This document shows positions 1 through 10,169 of a DNA stretch of 64,000 nt, piece after piece; the stretch's first letter is position 1; each line of letters opens with the position of its first letter. Made by a program: the position numbers and the translations under genes. Under the pieces are notes generated by a model. It was not told the origin of the DNA. It saw only the letters and a program-made list of their open reading frames with translations, and did no database searches. Source of the stretch: Candidatus Omnitrophota bacterium (GTDB lineage Bacteria; Omnitrophota; Gorgyraeia; Zapsychrales; Fredricksoniimonadaceae); contig JADFZK010000001.1 in NCBI GenBank assembly GCA_015232565.1, positions 77,160-141,159 on the forward strand. The letters are read 5' to 3'.

Positions 1-2
1 CA

Positions 3-542
3 TTTGGCTGTCTGGATCATGCCACAGTAGCGCGGGTTATTGGCGTGCTCGAGCAGGCTCGTTTGGGAAAGAAAAGGATCTTTTTTATTGGTAACGGCGG
101 GAGCGCGTCGACCTGCGGGCATTTTGTTAATGACCTGCATGCGGGCTCACTGCGTCATGGCGGCGGTGGTTTTCGCGCACAGGATCTGACCTGTAATGTC
201 GCATCATTGACGGCGCTGGCCAATGATGTTGGCTACGACAAGGTTTTCTCCTGCCAGCTCGAGGGGGTTTTAGACGCCGGAGATGTAGTGGTCGCTATAT
301 CGGCTAGCGGTAATTCGCCTAATTTGGTTGGGGCGGTTGAATATGCCAGGGCGCAGGGAGCTGTTACCGTAGGGCTTTTGGGGTTCGACGGCGGGTCGTT
401 GGCAAAACTATGCCATCATTGCGTGATCGTTAGTACAGAAAAAGGTGAGTACGGCCCGGTAGAAGATGTTCATATGGTTTTGGATCATTTGATATCATCT
501 TATTTTTGTTTGAGCCGGAATTCCGAGAGAAAGTGTTCATAG
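3..542 (+). CDS. gmhA: SIS-domain phosphoheptose isomerase (GmhA-like), 5'-truncated by the window edge
   Basis: Motifs IFFIGNGGSA, LTALANDVGYD, GDVVVAISASGNSPN and VEDVHM. The frame is open back to position 3, so the true start lies upstream of the window. Confidence 0.8.
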   Translation, partial: FGCLDHATVARVIGVLEQARLGKKRIFFIGNGGSASTCGHFVNDLHAGSLRHGGGGFRAQDLTCNVASLTALANDVGYDKVFSCQLEGVLDAGDVVVAISASGNSPNLVGAVEYARAQGAVTVGLLGFDGGSLAKLCHHCVIVSTEKGEYGPVEDVHMVLDHLISSYFCLSRNSERKCS

Positions 543-598
543 TGTGACATTCATCTTTTTTGGGTGGATTCTTTTGCCACTGGGAATGGTCAGCAGGT

Positions 599-1351
599 AT
601 GCGTAAAAAGGATTTATTAAGATATTTGGAGCTTGCTAAGACCGCCGCTACGCAGGCCGGCATTTTTTTGTGCTCACACCAGTCTGCCTCGCAGGTTATT
701 GATAAGAATATGGCACACGACCTGAAATTGCGAGCGGATAAGGATTCGGAGACCTTGTTGATCAGGTTGTTACAGAATGGTGCCGATTTTCCAATATTAT
801 CAGAAGAATGTGGGGCTATAGGCGGGTTGACCGACGGTCTGCGCTGGATCGTGGACCCGTTGGACGGGACGATCAATTATTCCAGGAAGGTCCCGCTGTC
901 TTGCGTATCTGTTGGCTTGCGTGATGGGGCCCGGTCGGTTCTGGGCGTTATCTACGATTTTAATCGGAAAGAGTTGTTTTCCGGGATCGTCGGTCAGGGC
1001 GCCTGGCTTAATGGTAATAAAATCTCGGTCAGCCGGGTGCCCAGGAAACGCGACGCTATCCTGGCTACAGGGTTTCCGGGTAAGACGGATCTTTCGGGAA
1101 AGAGCATTGAAAGTTTTGCGCGCAATGTCCGCGTCTACAAGAAGCCGCGCTTGATCGGATCGGCGGCTCTTTCCATGGCTTATGTCGCCGCCGGGCGTTT
1201 TGACGCTTATGACGAGAAAGACATTATGCTTTGGGATATTGCGGCCGGGGCGGCCATTGTTGAAGCGGCCGGCGGTAAGGTAAAGATTAAACAGGCCGGA
1301 CATGAGTATAGTTATCATGTCCAGGCGTGCAATGGCATATTCAGGATGTGA
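599..1351 (+). CDS. Inositol monophosphatase family protein (SuhB-like sugar-phosphate phosphatase)
   Basis: ILSEE, WIVDPLDGTINY, GSAALSMAYVAAGRFD and WDIAAG motifs. ATG at 599 preferred over the ORF-track start at 560. Confidence 0.9.
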   Translation: MRKKDLLRYLELAKTAATQAGIFLCSHQSASQVIDKNMAHDLKLRADKDSETLLIRLLQNGADFPILSEECGAIGGLTDGLRWIVDPLDGTINYSRKVPLSCVSVGLRDGARSVLGVIYDFNRKELFSGIVGQGAWLNGNKISVSRVPRKRDAILATGFPGKTDLSGKSIESFARNVRVYKKPRLIGSAALSMAYVAAGRFDAYDEKDIMLWDIAAGAAIVEAAGGKVKIKQAGHEYSYHVQACNGIFRM

Positions 1352-1353
1352 TA

Positions 1354-2271
1354 ATGGGTCATCATATTTACATAGCCAGTTCAACATTCTCTGAAGTTCC
1401 GGCGCAGGTCTTGACCGATAAAGGCTGGTCGCTTTCCTGGAACAGGACAGGTAAAAGGTTGAATTCCAAAGAGCTTGTTGAGCAGGCCCGCGGAGCTGAG
1501 GCGGTTATCGCAGGGCTTGAGGTATACGACCGCGCTGTTCTGGAAGCGCTCCCGCAATTGCGTTGTATCAGCCGTTGCGGTGTGGGAATGGACAATGTCG
1601 ATCTTAAATTCGCTCGGGAAAAGGGCATTACTGTTTTTAATACGCCGGATGTTGTTATTCAGCCGGTTGCCGAATTGACCTTGGCCATGATCTTTGATCT
1701 TTTGCGTAAAGTGACCTTTCAAACCGTTATGATGCGTCAGAATGTGTGGGAGCGTCAGAGCGGTTTTGAGCTTAAAGGCCGTAAAGTCGGCATTTTGGGC
1801 CTTGGGCGCATCGGCCGTCGGGTGGCGGAGCTTTTAGTAAGGCTCGAAGCAGATGTTTCGGGGTATGATCTTTATCCTGATGACGATTGGGCTGCTACTG
1901 CGGGGGTCAAGCTGGTGTGTTTTGATGATATATTGACGGGAATGGACGTTATCAGCCTTCATCTTTCCGTGACTAGTGAGAATCCTTTTTGTCTTGGTTC
2001 GGGGGAGTTGTCCCGTATGAGGTCCGGAGTTCTCCTGGTGAATGTTGCCCGGGGGGCATTGGTGGACGAAGAGGCGCTTTATGCGGCCATCGTTTCTGAA
2101 AAGGTTGGCGGTGTTGCGTTGGATGTATATGCGCAGGAGCCCTATGTTGGCCGGTTAACTGAGCTGTCGAATGTTATTATGACACCTCATGTAGGGTCTT
2201 TTACCAGGGAAAGCCGGTTGAATATGGAAACGCAGGCTGTAAGTCATGTTGTGAACTTCTTCAAGACTTAG
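1354..2271 (+). CDS. D-isomer-specific 2-hydroxyacid dehydrogenase (phosphoglycerate dehydrogenase-like, no ACT domain)
   Basis: RCGVGMDNVD, GILGLGRIG (NAD binding), LVNVARGALVDE, LDVYAQEP and TPHVG motifs. Confidence 0.88.
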   Translation: MGHHIYIASSTFSEVPAQVLTDKGWSLSWNRTGKRLNSKELVEQARGAEAVIAGLEVYDRAVLEALPQLRCISRCGVGMDNVDLKFAREKGITVFNTPDVVIQPVAELTLAMIFDLLRKVTFQTVMMRQNVWERQSGFELKGRKVGILGLGRIGRRVAELLVRLEADVSGYDLYPDDDWAATAGVKLVCFDDILTGMDVISLHLSVTSENPFCLGSGELSRMRSGVLLVNVARGALVDEEALYAAIVSEKVGGVALDVYAQEPYVGRLTELSNVIMTPHVGSFTRESRLNMETQAVSHVVNFFKT

Positions 2272-2274
2272 GGG

Positions 2275-3159
2275 GTGTTTGTGCGTAAGACTAAAGGGAT
2301 AATTCTGGCTGGGGGCAAGGCTACGCGTTTGTATCCGATTACAAAAGTTGTTTGCAAGCAATTGTTGCCTGTTTTTGATAAGCCGATGATTTATTATCCT
2401 TTATCTGTTTTGTTGTTGGCGGATATTAGAGACATTCTAATTATTGTTAATCCAGATGACCTGCCTTTGTTTAAAGCTTTGTTAGGAGATGGTTCGGCAT
2501 TGGGGCTTACTATTGAATACGCCGTTCAGCCGGTACCTGCGGGAGTTGCGCAGGCGTTTCTTATCGGGGAAGCTTTTATTGGCCGCGATAATGTTTGTTT
2601 GATCCTGGGGGATAATGTTTTTTACGGCCACGGACTTCAAGCCATTTTACAGAGTGCGAAAGATAGGGCAGGAGCGAGCGTGTTTGCTTATACTGTCCGG
2701 GATCCTGAAAGATACGGAGTCGTGACCTTTGATACTGACGGAGTGGTCAGCAAGATCGAGGAGAAGCCTGATATGCCTGAGTCATCATGGGCGGTAACAG
2801 GGTTGTATTTCTTCGATAATGATGTGGTCGGATTTGCCAAGAAGGTGCGTCCTTCCCTAAGAGGGGAATTGGAGATAACCGATGTTCTCAAATGCTATCT
2901 TGATGAAGGTCGGTTGAATGTGTTTCCTTTTGGCCGGGGATATGCCTGGCTGGATACTGGAACGTATGAGTCCTTGGTGGATGCGGCTGTTTTTATTAAG
3001 ACGATCGAGGACCGACAGGGATTCAAGATCGGCTGTATTGAAGAGATCTCTTTTCAGAAGGGTTGGATATCGAAGGAGCAAGTTTTGGCGATTGCGCAGG
3101 GTTACAAAACGTCTTATGCCGATTATCTGCGTAAGATTGCTGGAGGAGCCATCGGATGA
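2275..3159 (+). CDS. rfbA: Glucose-1-phosphate thymidylyltransferase
   Basis: [50 protein letters not shown] and [11 protein letters not shown] are typical RmlA motifs. Confidence 0.95.
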   Translation: MFVRKTKGIILAGGKATRLYPITKVVCKQLLPVFDKPMIYYPLSVLLLADIRDILIIVNPDDLPLFKALLGDGSALGLTIEYAVQPVPAGVAQAFLIGEAFIGRDNVCLILGDNVFYGHGLQAILQSAKDRAGASVFAYTVRDPERYGVVTFDTDGVVSKIEEKPDMPESSWAVTGLYFFDNDVVGFAKKVRPSLRGELEITDVLKCYLDEGRLNVFPFGRGYAWLDTGTYESLVDAAVFIKTIEDRQGFKIGCIEEISFQKGWISKEQVLAIAQGYKTSYADYLRKIAGGAIG

Positions 3160-3980
3160 AAGATCTGGCTTATCAGATCAGGAGAATTATTCTGGAGCAG
3201 TCGTTTCGGGCGGGTGTCGGGCATATAGGTTCGGCCCTGTCTATAGCAGATATCCTGGCTTCTGTTTATGGGGATGTTCTGCGCGCTCGTTCACCTCGGG
3301 ATAAAGAAAGAGATGTGTTTATTCTTTCCAAAGGGCATGCAGCGCTTGCATTGTATGCGGCCTTATATTGCAGGGGGTGGCTTTCGAAGAAGAACCTGGG
3401 TACTTATTGCGGGGATGGCACGTGTTTAGGCGTTCATCCGGAGCACGGGCTACCTGGGATCGAATGCTCTACCGGATCGTTGGGCCAGGGGCTTTCCATG
3501 GGGGTTGGCATGGCACTGGCATTGAAAATGAAACGAAGCAAAGCAAGGGTTTTTATTGTTATAAGTGATGCCGAATATAATGAAGGTTCCCTTTGGGAAG
3601 CCGCCATGTTTGCCGCGCATCATCAATTGTCCAATATTTGCGTTATTGCTGATAATAATGGCCAGCAGGCTTTCGGGTATACTCGAGATGTTTTGAACGT
3701 TGCGCCTGTTGAGAATATATGGAAAGCGTTTGGATGGGGTGTTTATAGTGTCGATGGGCATGACCGCTTAGCTATTACGAGGACGATTAGAAAATCATTG
3801 AAGGTAAAGAACAGTCCGCATGTTATCATCGCTAATACCCAGCTGGGGTATGGTGTTTCTTATATGCAACGGCAAATAAAATGGCATTATTGGCCGATGA
3901 GTGACAAAGAGTACGGGCTGGCCTTGGAGGATATTAAGAAAGTCGGACTGAAGAAGTCACATGGAATAGGACGTGCCTGA
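3156..3980 (+). CDS. Transketolase, N-terminal (ThDP-binding) subunit
   Basis: [25 protein letters not shown] and [13 protein letters not shown] (GDGE-like ThDP motif). ATGA overlap with rfbA. Confidence 0.9.
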   Translation: MKDLAYQIRRIILEQSFRAGVGHIGSALSIADILASVYGDVLRARSPRDKERDVFILSKGHAALALYAALYCRGWLSKKNLGTYCGDGTCLGVHPEHGLPGIECSTGSLGQGLSMGVGMALALKMKRSKARVFIVISDAEYNEGSLWEAAMFAAHHQLSNICVIADNNGQQAFGYTRDVLNVAPVENIWKAFGWGVYSVDGHDRLAITRTIRKSLKVKNSPHVIIANTQLGYGVSYMQRQIKWHYWPMSDKEYGLALEDIKKVGLKKSHGIGRA

Positions 3981-3981
3981 T

Positions 3982-4908
3982 ATGCGAGACTCGTTTATCA
4001 AGACATTGATTGATTTGGCGCATAAGGACAAGAGGATCGTGCTTTTGACGGCAGATCTTGGGTATACTGTGCTCGAGTCTTTTCGGGATGTTTTCCCCGG
4101 CCGGTTTTTTAATGTGGGGGTGGCCGAGCAGAATATGGTCGGGGTGGCTACCGGGATGGCAATGCAGGGATTGATCCCGTTTGTTTATTCTATCGGTAAT
4201 TTTGCTGCTTTTCGTCCTTTTGAGTTTATTCGTAACGGCCCCGCAGGGCATGGCCTGCCTGTGCGTATTATAGGGGTTGGTGCCGGAGTAGATTATGGCA
4301 CAGCGGGGAAGAGTCACTGGACTTTGGAAGACGTGGGTGTATTGCGGAATTTGCTCGGGTTGCATATTGTTGTTCCGGCCGATCTTTTTCAGGCTCAATC
4401 TGCCTTGAAAAAAACGTGGGATCTTCCTGGGCCGGTCTATTACAGGATAGGGAAAGGCGATAAATCGGCATTGATTCCCGAAGGTTCTTTTGATCTTGGG
4501 AGAATTAATGTGCTTGCCAGAGGAGAAGATGTTCTTTTTGTTTCGATGGGAAGCGCGGTTAAGGAAGTGGTTAATGCGGTAGAGCTTCTTAGGAAAGACG
4601 GCATTTCATGTGGTGTTGCTGCAGTATCGAGTTTTAATCCTTTCCCGAATGCTGATCTGGTGCGCGTGATGGGGAAGGTTCGTTGGGTGGTTACGGTGGA
4701 GGATCATGTGGTTAATACCGGGTTGGGGGGAGCTGTTGCGCAGGCCATGGTATGTGGCTTAAGCAAAGCCCGCTTGCTATCGCTTGGGGTTACTTCGGCT
4801 GATCTTCCTAAGTCCGGGAGCAAAAAGTATCTTTATGAGCAAATGGGGTTGTCTTCCAACAAGATAGCATCGGCGGTCCGTCAGATTTTGAACAGGGAGC
4901 GTGGTTGA
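3982..4908 (+). CDS. Transketolase, C-terminal (pyrimidine-binding) subunit
   Basis: LTADLG, RFFNVGVAEQNMVG, PVYYRIGKG and VTVEDH..GLGGAV motifs. Directly follows the N-terminal subunit. Confidence 0.9.
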   Translation: MRDSFIKTLIDLAHKDKRIVLLTADLGYTVLESFRDVFPGRFFNVGVAEQNMVGVATGMAMQGLIPFVYSIGNFAAFRPFEFIRNGPAGHGLPVRIIGVGAGVDYGTAGKSHWTLEDVGVLRNLLGLHIVVPADLFQAQSALKKTWDLPGPVYYRIGKGDKSALIPEGSFDLGRINVLARGEDVLFVSMGSAVKEVVNAVELLRKDGISCGVAAVSSFNPFPNADLVRVMGKVRWVVTVEDHVVNTGLGGAVAQAMVCGLSKARLLSLGVTSADLPKSGSKKYLYEQMGLSSNKIASAVRQILNRERG

Positions 4909-6350
4909 TGGGCCTAAAGGTTCTTTTTGTAATTGAAAAGATAGGTTTGCTGGATGTTATGTCCATTCCGGTCTTGGCGGCGGCAGTTAAACAGCATGGC
5001 CATCAGGTGCGATTGGCGGTTTATAATCAGGGTAAGATGGCGACTCGAGAGTTGTTGAGAACTTTTAAGCCGGATCTTGTCGCGTATTCTTTGACTTCAG
5101 AGGATTCGGGGCGGTATGTGGCGATCAATAGGGAGTTGAAAAAAGAAGAGAAATTCTTCGCAGTTTTCGGGGGGGCTCATCCGACGTTCTTCCCGGAATT
5201 TATACACGAAGACGGAGTTGACGCTATCTGCCTTGGAGAGGGCGATATTGTTTTTCCTGCATTGTTGGAGCGTTTTGGCTCCGAATCAATGTATGAGGTT
5301 GCTAATTTCCATTTCAAGAAGTCAGACGGGACGATACGGAAGAATCCATTATCCAATCTGGTGTCGGATCTCGACGTTTTGCCATTCCCGGACCGGGACA
5401 TTATTTTTCAGCAAAACACCTTTCTGGCGCAGAATCCGGTCAAGGCGTTTTTTGCCGGCCGAGGCTGTCCTTTTCAATGCACGTATTGTTTCAATCATTC
5501 TTATAACGAATTGTATCGCGGCAAGGGCCGGGTTATCAGGAATAAGAGTGTCGGGTACCTTATCAAAGAAATTAAAAGCGTTGCGGAGAGATACCCGGTA
5601 TCTTTTGTTAAATTCCATGACGATGTCTTTGGGTTTAATAAAGATTGGCTGGCTGAATTCACTGCGAGATATCCTCGGGAAATAGCCAAGCCTTTTCTCA
5701 GTTATGTGAATCCTTCTATGGTGACAGATGCGTATTGTCGGTCGTTAAAGGAGGCTGGATGTTTTTCTGTTTGCATGGCGTTTGAAAGCGGGAGCCGGCG
5801 TATCCGCGAAGAAATCCTTCATCGCCGGATGTCGGATCAGCAGATTATTGATGCTGCGGCTTTATGCAAAAGGCACGGCCTGCGGATATACACATTGAAC
5901 ATGATCGGGATTCCGGATGAAAGTGAAGCGGAGATTTGGGAAACGGTTGAGTTGAATCAGAAAGTGGATTCGGATTATGCTGATGCTTCGATCTTTCAAG
6001 CGTATCCTGGAACGTGGATCTCTACTTATTGTCGCGATAAGGGATTGTTGTCGGAGGATAAGGGAGGGTTTAACAGTCAGTTTTCGGGGTCGTCATTAAA
6101 CTTCTCGCAAGAATACAAGGTTAAACTTGAGATCATTCACCGTCTTTTTCCAATGTTGGTTGATTTACCCGGATTAGAAAAGGTTTATCCTTGGCTTGGC
6201 ACAAGTCGTTTTGTGAGGGGTCTTTTTCATTATTTGTACCGTTTTTATTACGGAGTATTCTTGCATCAGCGAATCTACGCGAATTCTATTCCGTTACGGC
6301 TGCAGCTTAAAGCTTTCATGACTCTTTTGTTTTCGAAGGACAGGGCTTAG
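4905..6350 (+). CDS. B12-binding-domain radical SAM protein (class B methyltransferase-like)
   Basis: GGAHPT and GEGD cobalamin-domain motifs, RGCPFQCTYC (CxxxCxxC), FHDDVF, FESGS and MIGIPDE. Confidence 0.88.
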   Translation: MMGLKVLFVIEKIGLLDVMSIPVLAAAVKQHGHQVRLAVYNQGKMATRELLRTFKPDLVAYSLTSEDSGRYVAINRELKKEEKFFAVFGGAHPTFFPEFIHEDGVDAICLGEGDIVFPALLERFGSESMYEVANFHFKKSDGTIRKNPLSNLVSDLDVLPFPDRDIIFQQNTFLAQNPVKAFFAGRGCPFQCTYCFNHSYNELYRGKGRVIRNKSVGYLIKEIKSVAERYPVSFVKFHDDVFGFNKDWLAEFTARYPREIAKPFLSYVNPSMVTDAYCRSLKEAGCFSVCMAFESGSRRIREEILHRRMSDQQIIDAAALCKRHGLRIYTLNMIGIPDESEAEIWETVELNQKVDSDYADASIFQAYPGTWISTYCRDKGLLSEDKGGFNSQFSGSSLNFSQEYKVKLEIIHRLFPMLVDLPGLEKVYPWLGTSRFVRGLFHYLYRFYYGVFLHQRIYANSIPLRLQLKAFMTLLFSKDRA

Positions 6351-6411
6351 GGATGATCCTGTGGATGGTAAATGGGGATTTAGTGGGACAAAAGAAGGGG
6401 ATATATTTAAT

Positions 6412-7104
6412 ATGCTGATTTCGATTGTTCTGCCGGTCTACAATCAGGCGGATCATATTCAACAAGTGATTGAGGAATATATGTTCTCTCTTAGGAATCT
6501 TACAGTTCCCTATGAGGCGATCTTGGTGGTCAATGGTTCGAAGGACCGGTCAATGGAGGTTTGTCTTGAATTGGCAGAGAAGTATCCTGTTGTCCGCGTT
6601 GTTGAGTCGCCTAAAGCCGGCTGGGGGGCGGCGGTGAGGTTTGGCATTGCCCAGGCAAAAGGGGAGCAGATCTGTTATACGAATACGGCGCGTACTCGAG
6701 GAAAGGATCTTTTGTTGTTTTTGTTGTATGGCATGGCGCATCAGGATACGGTAATTAAAGCGAACCGCAGAATTCGTGATGGGATAAGGCGGCGTATTGG
6801 GTCGCTGTTTTATAATCTTGAGGGACGGATGCTTTTTGATCTGTATAATTGGGATATTAATGGTACTCCCAAGGTTTTTCAGCGTCGTTGGACAGCGTTG
6901 CTGGAGATGAAGTCGGAAGATGATCTTATTGATTTGGAATTTTGCGTTTGCTGCAGGGAGAATGATCTGATGGTTTTGGAAGTACCGATCTTTTCAACCA
7001 GCCGCAAGAGCGGGCGGTCAACGACAGGTTTATTTTCAGCTTTAAAGTTGTATTGGGGCGCTTACAAACTATGGAAGTCGCGGTATGGTAAAAGGGATGT
7101 GTGA
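6412..7104 (+). CDS. Glycosyltransferase family 2 (polyprenol-phosphate GT-like)
   Basis: ISIVLPVYNQ, VVNGSKDRS and GWGAAVRFG motifs. The DxD position reads NTA, which is atypical. Confidence 0.8.
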   Translation: MLISIVLPVYNQADHIQQVIEEYMFSLRNLTVPYEAILVVNGSKDRSMEVCLELAEKYPVVRVVESPKAGWGAAVRFGIAQAKGEQICYTNTARTRGKDLLLFLLYGMAHQDTVIKANRRIRDGIRRRIGSLFYNLEGRMLFDLYNWDINGTPKVFQRRWTALLEMKSEDDLIDLEFCVCCRENDLMVLEVPIFSTSRKSGRSTTGLFSALKLYWGAYKLWKSRYGKRDV

Positions 7105-8291
7105 TGATAAGTTCGTCAGGAAATGATCAAGTGTGGCGTAATCCGTTGCGAGTGGTGAATCAATTGGCGGATAGCTCTTTGATGGTTACTAAGAATCAGT
7201 TACAGCATAAAGTTGATGATGGATTCTGGGAGGCATTGGCCGCTACCGGGCTTTCCTTACTGGTTAGCCGGGAGTACGAACATTTCCTGTTGTGCCTGGG
7301 GTGCGGGAATAAAGGTCCAGATATTTCTTATATGTGCTTGCCTCATCCTTCGGGGATAGCGGTGGATAAGGAGCGTAGGTGTGTTTATGTGGCGAGTACG
7401 CGCAATCCGAATTTGGTTTATGAACTTGCGGCTTCAGCGGGCCTCCAGTCTCGGGCCGACCTCGGCCGTTTTGGGAAGAGGGCCGTTGAATTGGAAGGGT
7501 GCCTTATTCCTTGGCGGATATTTGTATATCCTGGAAGCTTGTATATTCATGATTTGGCATTGATTAAAGGGCGCTTGTTTGCGAACGCGGTGGCGCATAA
7601 TGCCGTGGTTCGTCTTGATGAGTCGGGGGGCGTGGAATATGCGTGGTGGCCGCGCTCGATGCAGCAAGGGAAGGGGCCTTGTACGGACCAGAACTTCCTG
7701 CAACTAAATTCTATTGCTGCGGGGCGGGATCTGGAGAGCTCGTTTTTTTCTGCTTCTTGTTCCGAGAAGGCAAAGTATCGTCCAGGTCATCGGTATTTTC
7801 GGGTCGATGGCGAGGGGGTTATATTCTCAGGAAGATCGGGAGATCCGGTATGCCGGGGATTGACTCGCCCGCATTCGGCTAGAATTCATCAGGGAAAGGT
7901 CTGGGTTGATAATAGTGGCTATGGACAGGTTGGTTTTGTTGATAAGGGAAGACTGAATGTGGTTGCCGCTCTGCCTGGATGGACTCGGGGATTGTTTTTT
8001 TGTGGGAATACGCTTTTTGTTGGTGTTTCACGTGTGTTGCCAAAATTCAGGCAGTACGCTCCGGGTTTGGATGTAAAAAAGAGCTTTTGCGGTATTTATG
8101 CTATTGATATTAATTCTGGTAAAACGATCGGCCGGCTTATTTGGCAAGAAGGGGATCAGATATTCGCGGTTGAAGGTTTGCCGCGGGAAATGGGGCGGGG
8201 GTTAATGTGTCCGGCCGGCCGGCCTTTGATGAACGAAGACGGCATAGGGAAGGCTTTTTACGGGTTCAATAAAACAACATGGAGAGGGTAG
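7101..8291 (+). CDS. DUF4915 / TIGR03032 family beta-propeller-like protein
   Basis: YIHDLA, LQLNSIA, GLTRPHSARIHQGKVWVDNSGYG and LPGWTRGL match my recollection of the TIGR03032 pattern. Confidence 0.75.
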   Translation: MMISSSGNDQVWRNPLRVVNQLADSSLMVTKNQLQHKVDDGFWEALAATGLSLLVSREYEHFLLCLGCGNKGPDISYMCLPHPSGIAVDKERRCVYVASTRNPNLVYELAASAGLQSRADLGRFGKRAVELEGCLIPWRIFVYPGSLYIHDLALIKGRLFANAVAHNAVVRLDESGGVEYAWWPRSMQQGKGPCTDQNFLQLNSIAAGRDLESSFFSASCSEKAKYRPGHRYFRVDGEGVIFSGRSGDPVCRGLTRPHSARIHQGKVWVDNSGYGQVGFVDKGRLNVVAALPGWTRGLFFCGNTLFVGVSRVLPKFRQYAPGLDVKKSFCGIYAIDINSGKTIGRLIWQEGDQIFAVEGLPREMGRGLMCPAGRPLMNEDGIGKAFYGFNKTTWRG

Positions 8292-8295
8292 AAAG

Positions 8296-9222
8296 ATGGG
8301 AAAAGAATTCAAGTTGTTAATGCTTGGGGCAATGTATGAAAATGGCGGTAATACCACTCATCGTTTTCTTGATGGACATCCGCAGATGTGTGTTTATCCC
8401 TTTGAGTCCCAATTGGGATCCAGACTGGTGGTTGATCAAATGTCAACGCTATTTCCCCAGAAATATCGCTGGCCGGTTTTTCCTCTTGATGGCACGGCCT
8501 ACGGCGATTACAAGCTTATTATTGATGAGGAAGGGAAGGTGCGTTCGCGTACGCCTCAGGTTAGTAAATTCAGGCATGAGCCGTTTGATATGTCAGATGA
8601 TGAGCGTTGTGAAATCTATCAGAAATATATTGCGCGTCTTGGGCGGTCCCGGGCGCATAATATTGAAGCGTTCTTTAGAAGCACTTTTGATGCCTGGAAA
8701 GATTTCAACCGGACAGGCAGTGAGCAGTTTTATGTTGGATATTCTCCTGTTCTGGTTGTTGATGCGGACAAGATCCTTAATGATGTCCCTGGGGCTCATT
8801 TTCTTCATGTTGTGCGCAATCCATGGGCGGCGTATGCGGACACTAAGAAACGTCCGGTGCCTTTGTCGTTGGAGAATTATATGTTCTGTTGGAATATCAA
8901 CCAGTATTTTGCCTTGTTATGGAAAAAGAAATTCCCGGCCCGTTTTCATTTGATCAGGATCGAGGATGTTTTGGCTGGACCGCAAAAGACTTTGGGTGCG
9001 TTATGTCGCAAGCTTGGGTTAAAGACCAGCGAGACGCTCGGACGAGTAAGCTGGAACGGAAAAGTCTTAGAGGAAGTGTATCCATGGGGGACCATCCGTA
9101 AGCCTACAGCCGAGGCTAATCTCAAGACCGCTCAGGAGCTTTCTAAAGCTGAGATCCGCGAGATTGGCGAAAGGACTTGGCAGTATCTGGATGTGTTTGG
9201 GTATAAGGATTTTCTTAAATGA
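8296..9222 (+). CDS. Sulfotransferase-fold protein with a non-canonical PAPS loop
   Basis: LMLGAMYENGGNTTHRFLDGHP aligns with G..RSGTTLL..LLD.HP. FLHVVRNP (3'-PB) and IRIEDVL..PQKTL..LC..LGL are also present. Confidence 0.7.
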   Translation: MGKEFKLLMLGAMYENGGNTTHRFLDGHPQMCVYPFESQLGSRLVVDQMSTLFPQKYRWPVFPLDGTAYGDYKLIIDEEGKVRSRTPQVSKFRHEPFDMSDDERCEIYQKYIARLGRSRAHNIEAFFRSTFDAWKDFNRTGSEQFYVGYSPVLVVDADKILNDVPGAHFLHVVRNPWAAYADTKKRPVPLSLENYMFCWNINQYFALLWKKKFPARFHLIRIEDVLAGPQKTLGALCRKLGLKTSETLGRVSWNGKVLEEVYPWGTIRKPTAEANLKTAQELSKAEIREIGERTWQYLDVFGYKDFLK

Positions 9223-10169
9223 AGCGAGTTAAGAAAGTCTTGATAACGGGGGCAAGCGGGTTTATTGGCGCTAACCTGGCCCGGGCTTTGTTGGCTCAGG
9301 GGCACGAGGTTCATGTCCTGTTGCGTCCCCAAGCGAGTCTGTGGCGCCTGCAGGGGGTGATGGCCTGTTTGCAAAAGCATGCCGTTAACCTGCAGGACGG
9401 TAAAAAGCTAGGACCATTGTTGGGCAAGATCGCGGCTGAATGGGTTTTTCATTTAGCGACATACGGCGCGTATTCCAGTCAGCAAGATATCGATACAGCA
9501 GTGCTAACTAATATAACCGGAATAAATCATTTGTTGCCTGCTGCGCTTGATGCGGGTTGCGAGTCTTTTGTTAATGTTGGTTCATCTTCAGAATACGGGT
9601 TCAAGGATCATGCGCCTAAAGAAAATGAGGTTTTGGAGCCGAACAGTCATTATGCCTTAACCAAAGCGTATGCTACGATGTTTTGTCGGCATACGTCCCT
9701 TACACGGGATCGGCATGTTGTGTCATTAAGGCCGTATTCGGTTTATGGTCCTTATGAAGAGCCGTCGCGGTTCATTCCGCAGTTGGTGTTAAGCGGGTTA
9801 AAAGGCGGGTATCCTCCGTTGGTTGGTCCCGGGGTGGCGCGTGATTATGTGTATGTGGATGATTTTGTGCGGGCTTGTATCTTGGCCGCGCAGAAAACGG
9901 ATCTACCGCGCGGCATGGTTTTTAATGTAGGTACTGGTCGACAGACCACGATTCGGCAGGCCGCGGACATAGCGCGTAAAATCTTCGGTATAGGGCGGTT
10001 GCCTGTTTTCGGCGGAATGGTGAACCGTGAGTGGGATACCAACGTCTGGGTTAGCGATAGTCGCTTGATCCGTCAATGGTTGGGCTGGGAGCCTGTGGTG
10101 GCATTCTCCGACGGTATCTTAAAGACGGTGGAATGGCTCGATCAAAACGGGGGCAAATGGAATGAATAG
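9219..10169 (+). CDS. NAD-dependent epimerase/dehydratase (extended SDR)
   Basis: ITGASGFIG, GSSSEYG, YALTK (YxxxK), SVYGP and RDYVYVDD motifs. Confidence 0.9.
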   Translation: MKRVKKVLITGASGFIGANLARALLAQGHEVHVLLRPQASLWRLQGVMACLQKHAVNLQDGKKLGPLLGKIAAEWVFHLATYGAYSSQQDIDTAVLTNITGINHLLPAALDAGCESFVNVGSSSEYGFKDHAPKENEVLEPNSHYALTKAYATMFCRHTSLTRDRHVVSLRPYSVYGPYEEPSRFIPQLVLSGLKGGYPPLVGPGVARDYVYVDDFVRACILAAQKTDLPRGMVFNVGTGRQTTIRQAADIARKIFGIGRLPVFGGMVNREWDTNVWVSDSRLIRQWLGWEPVVAFSDGILKTVEWLDQNGGKWNE

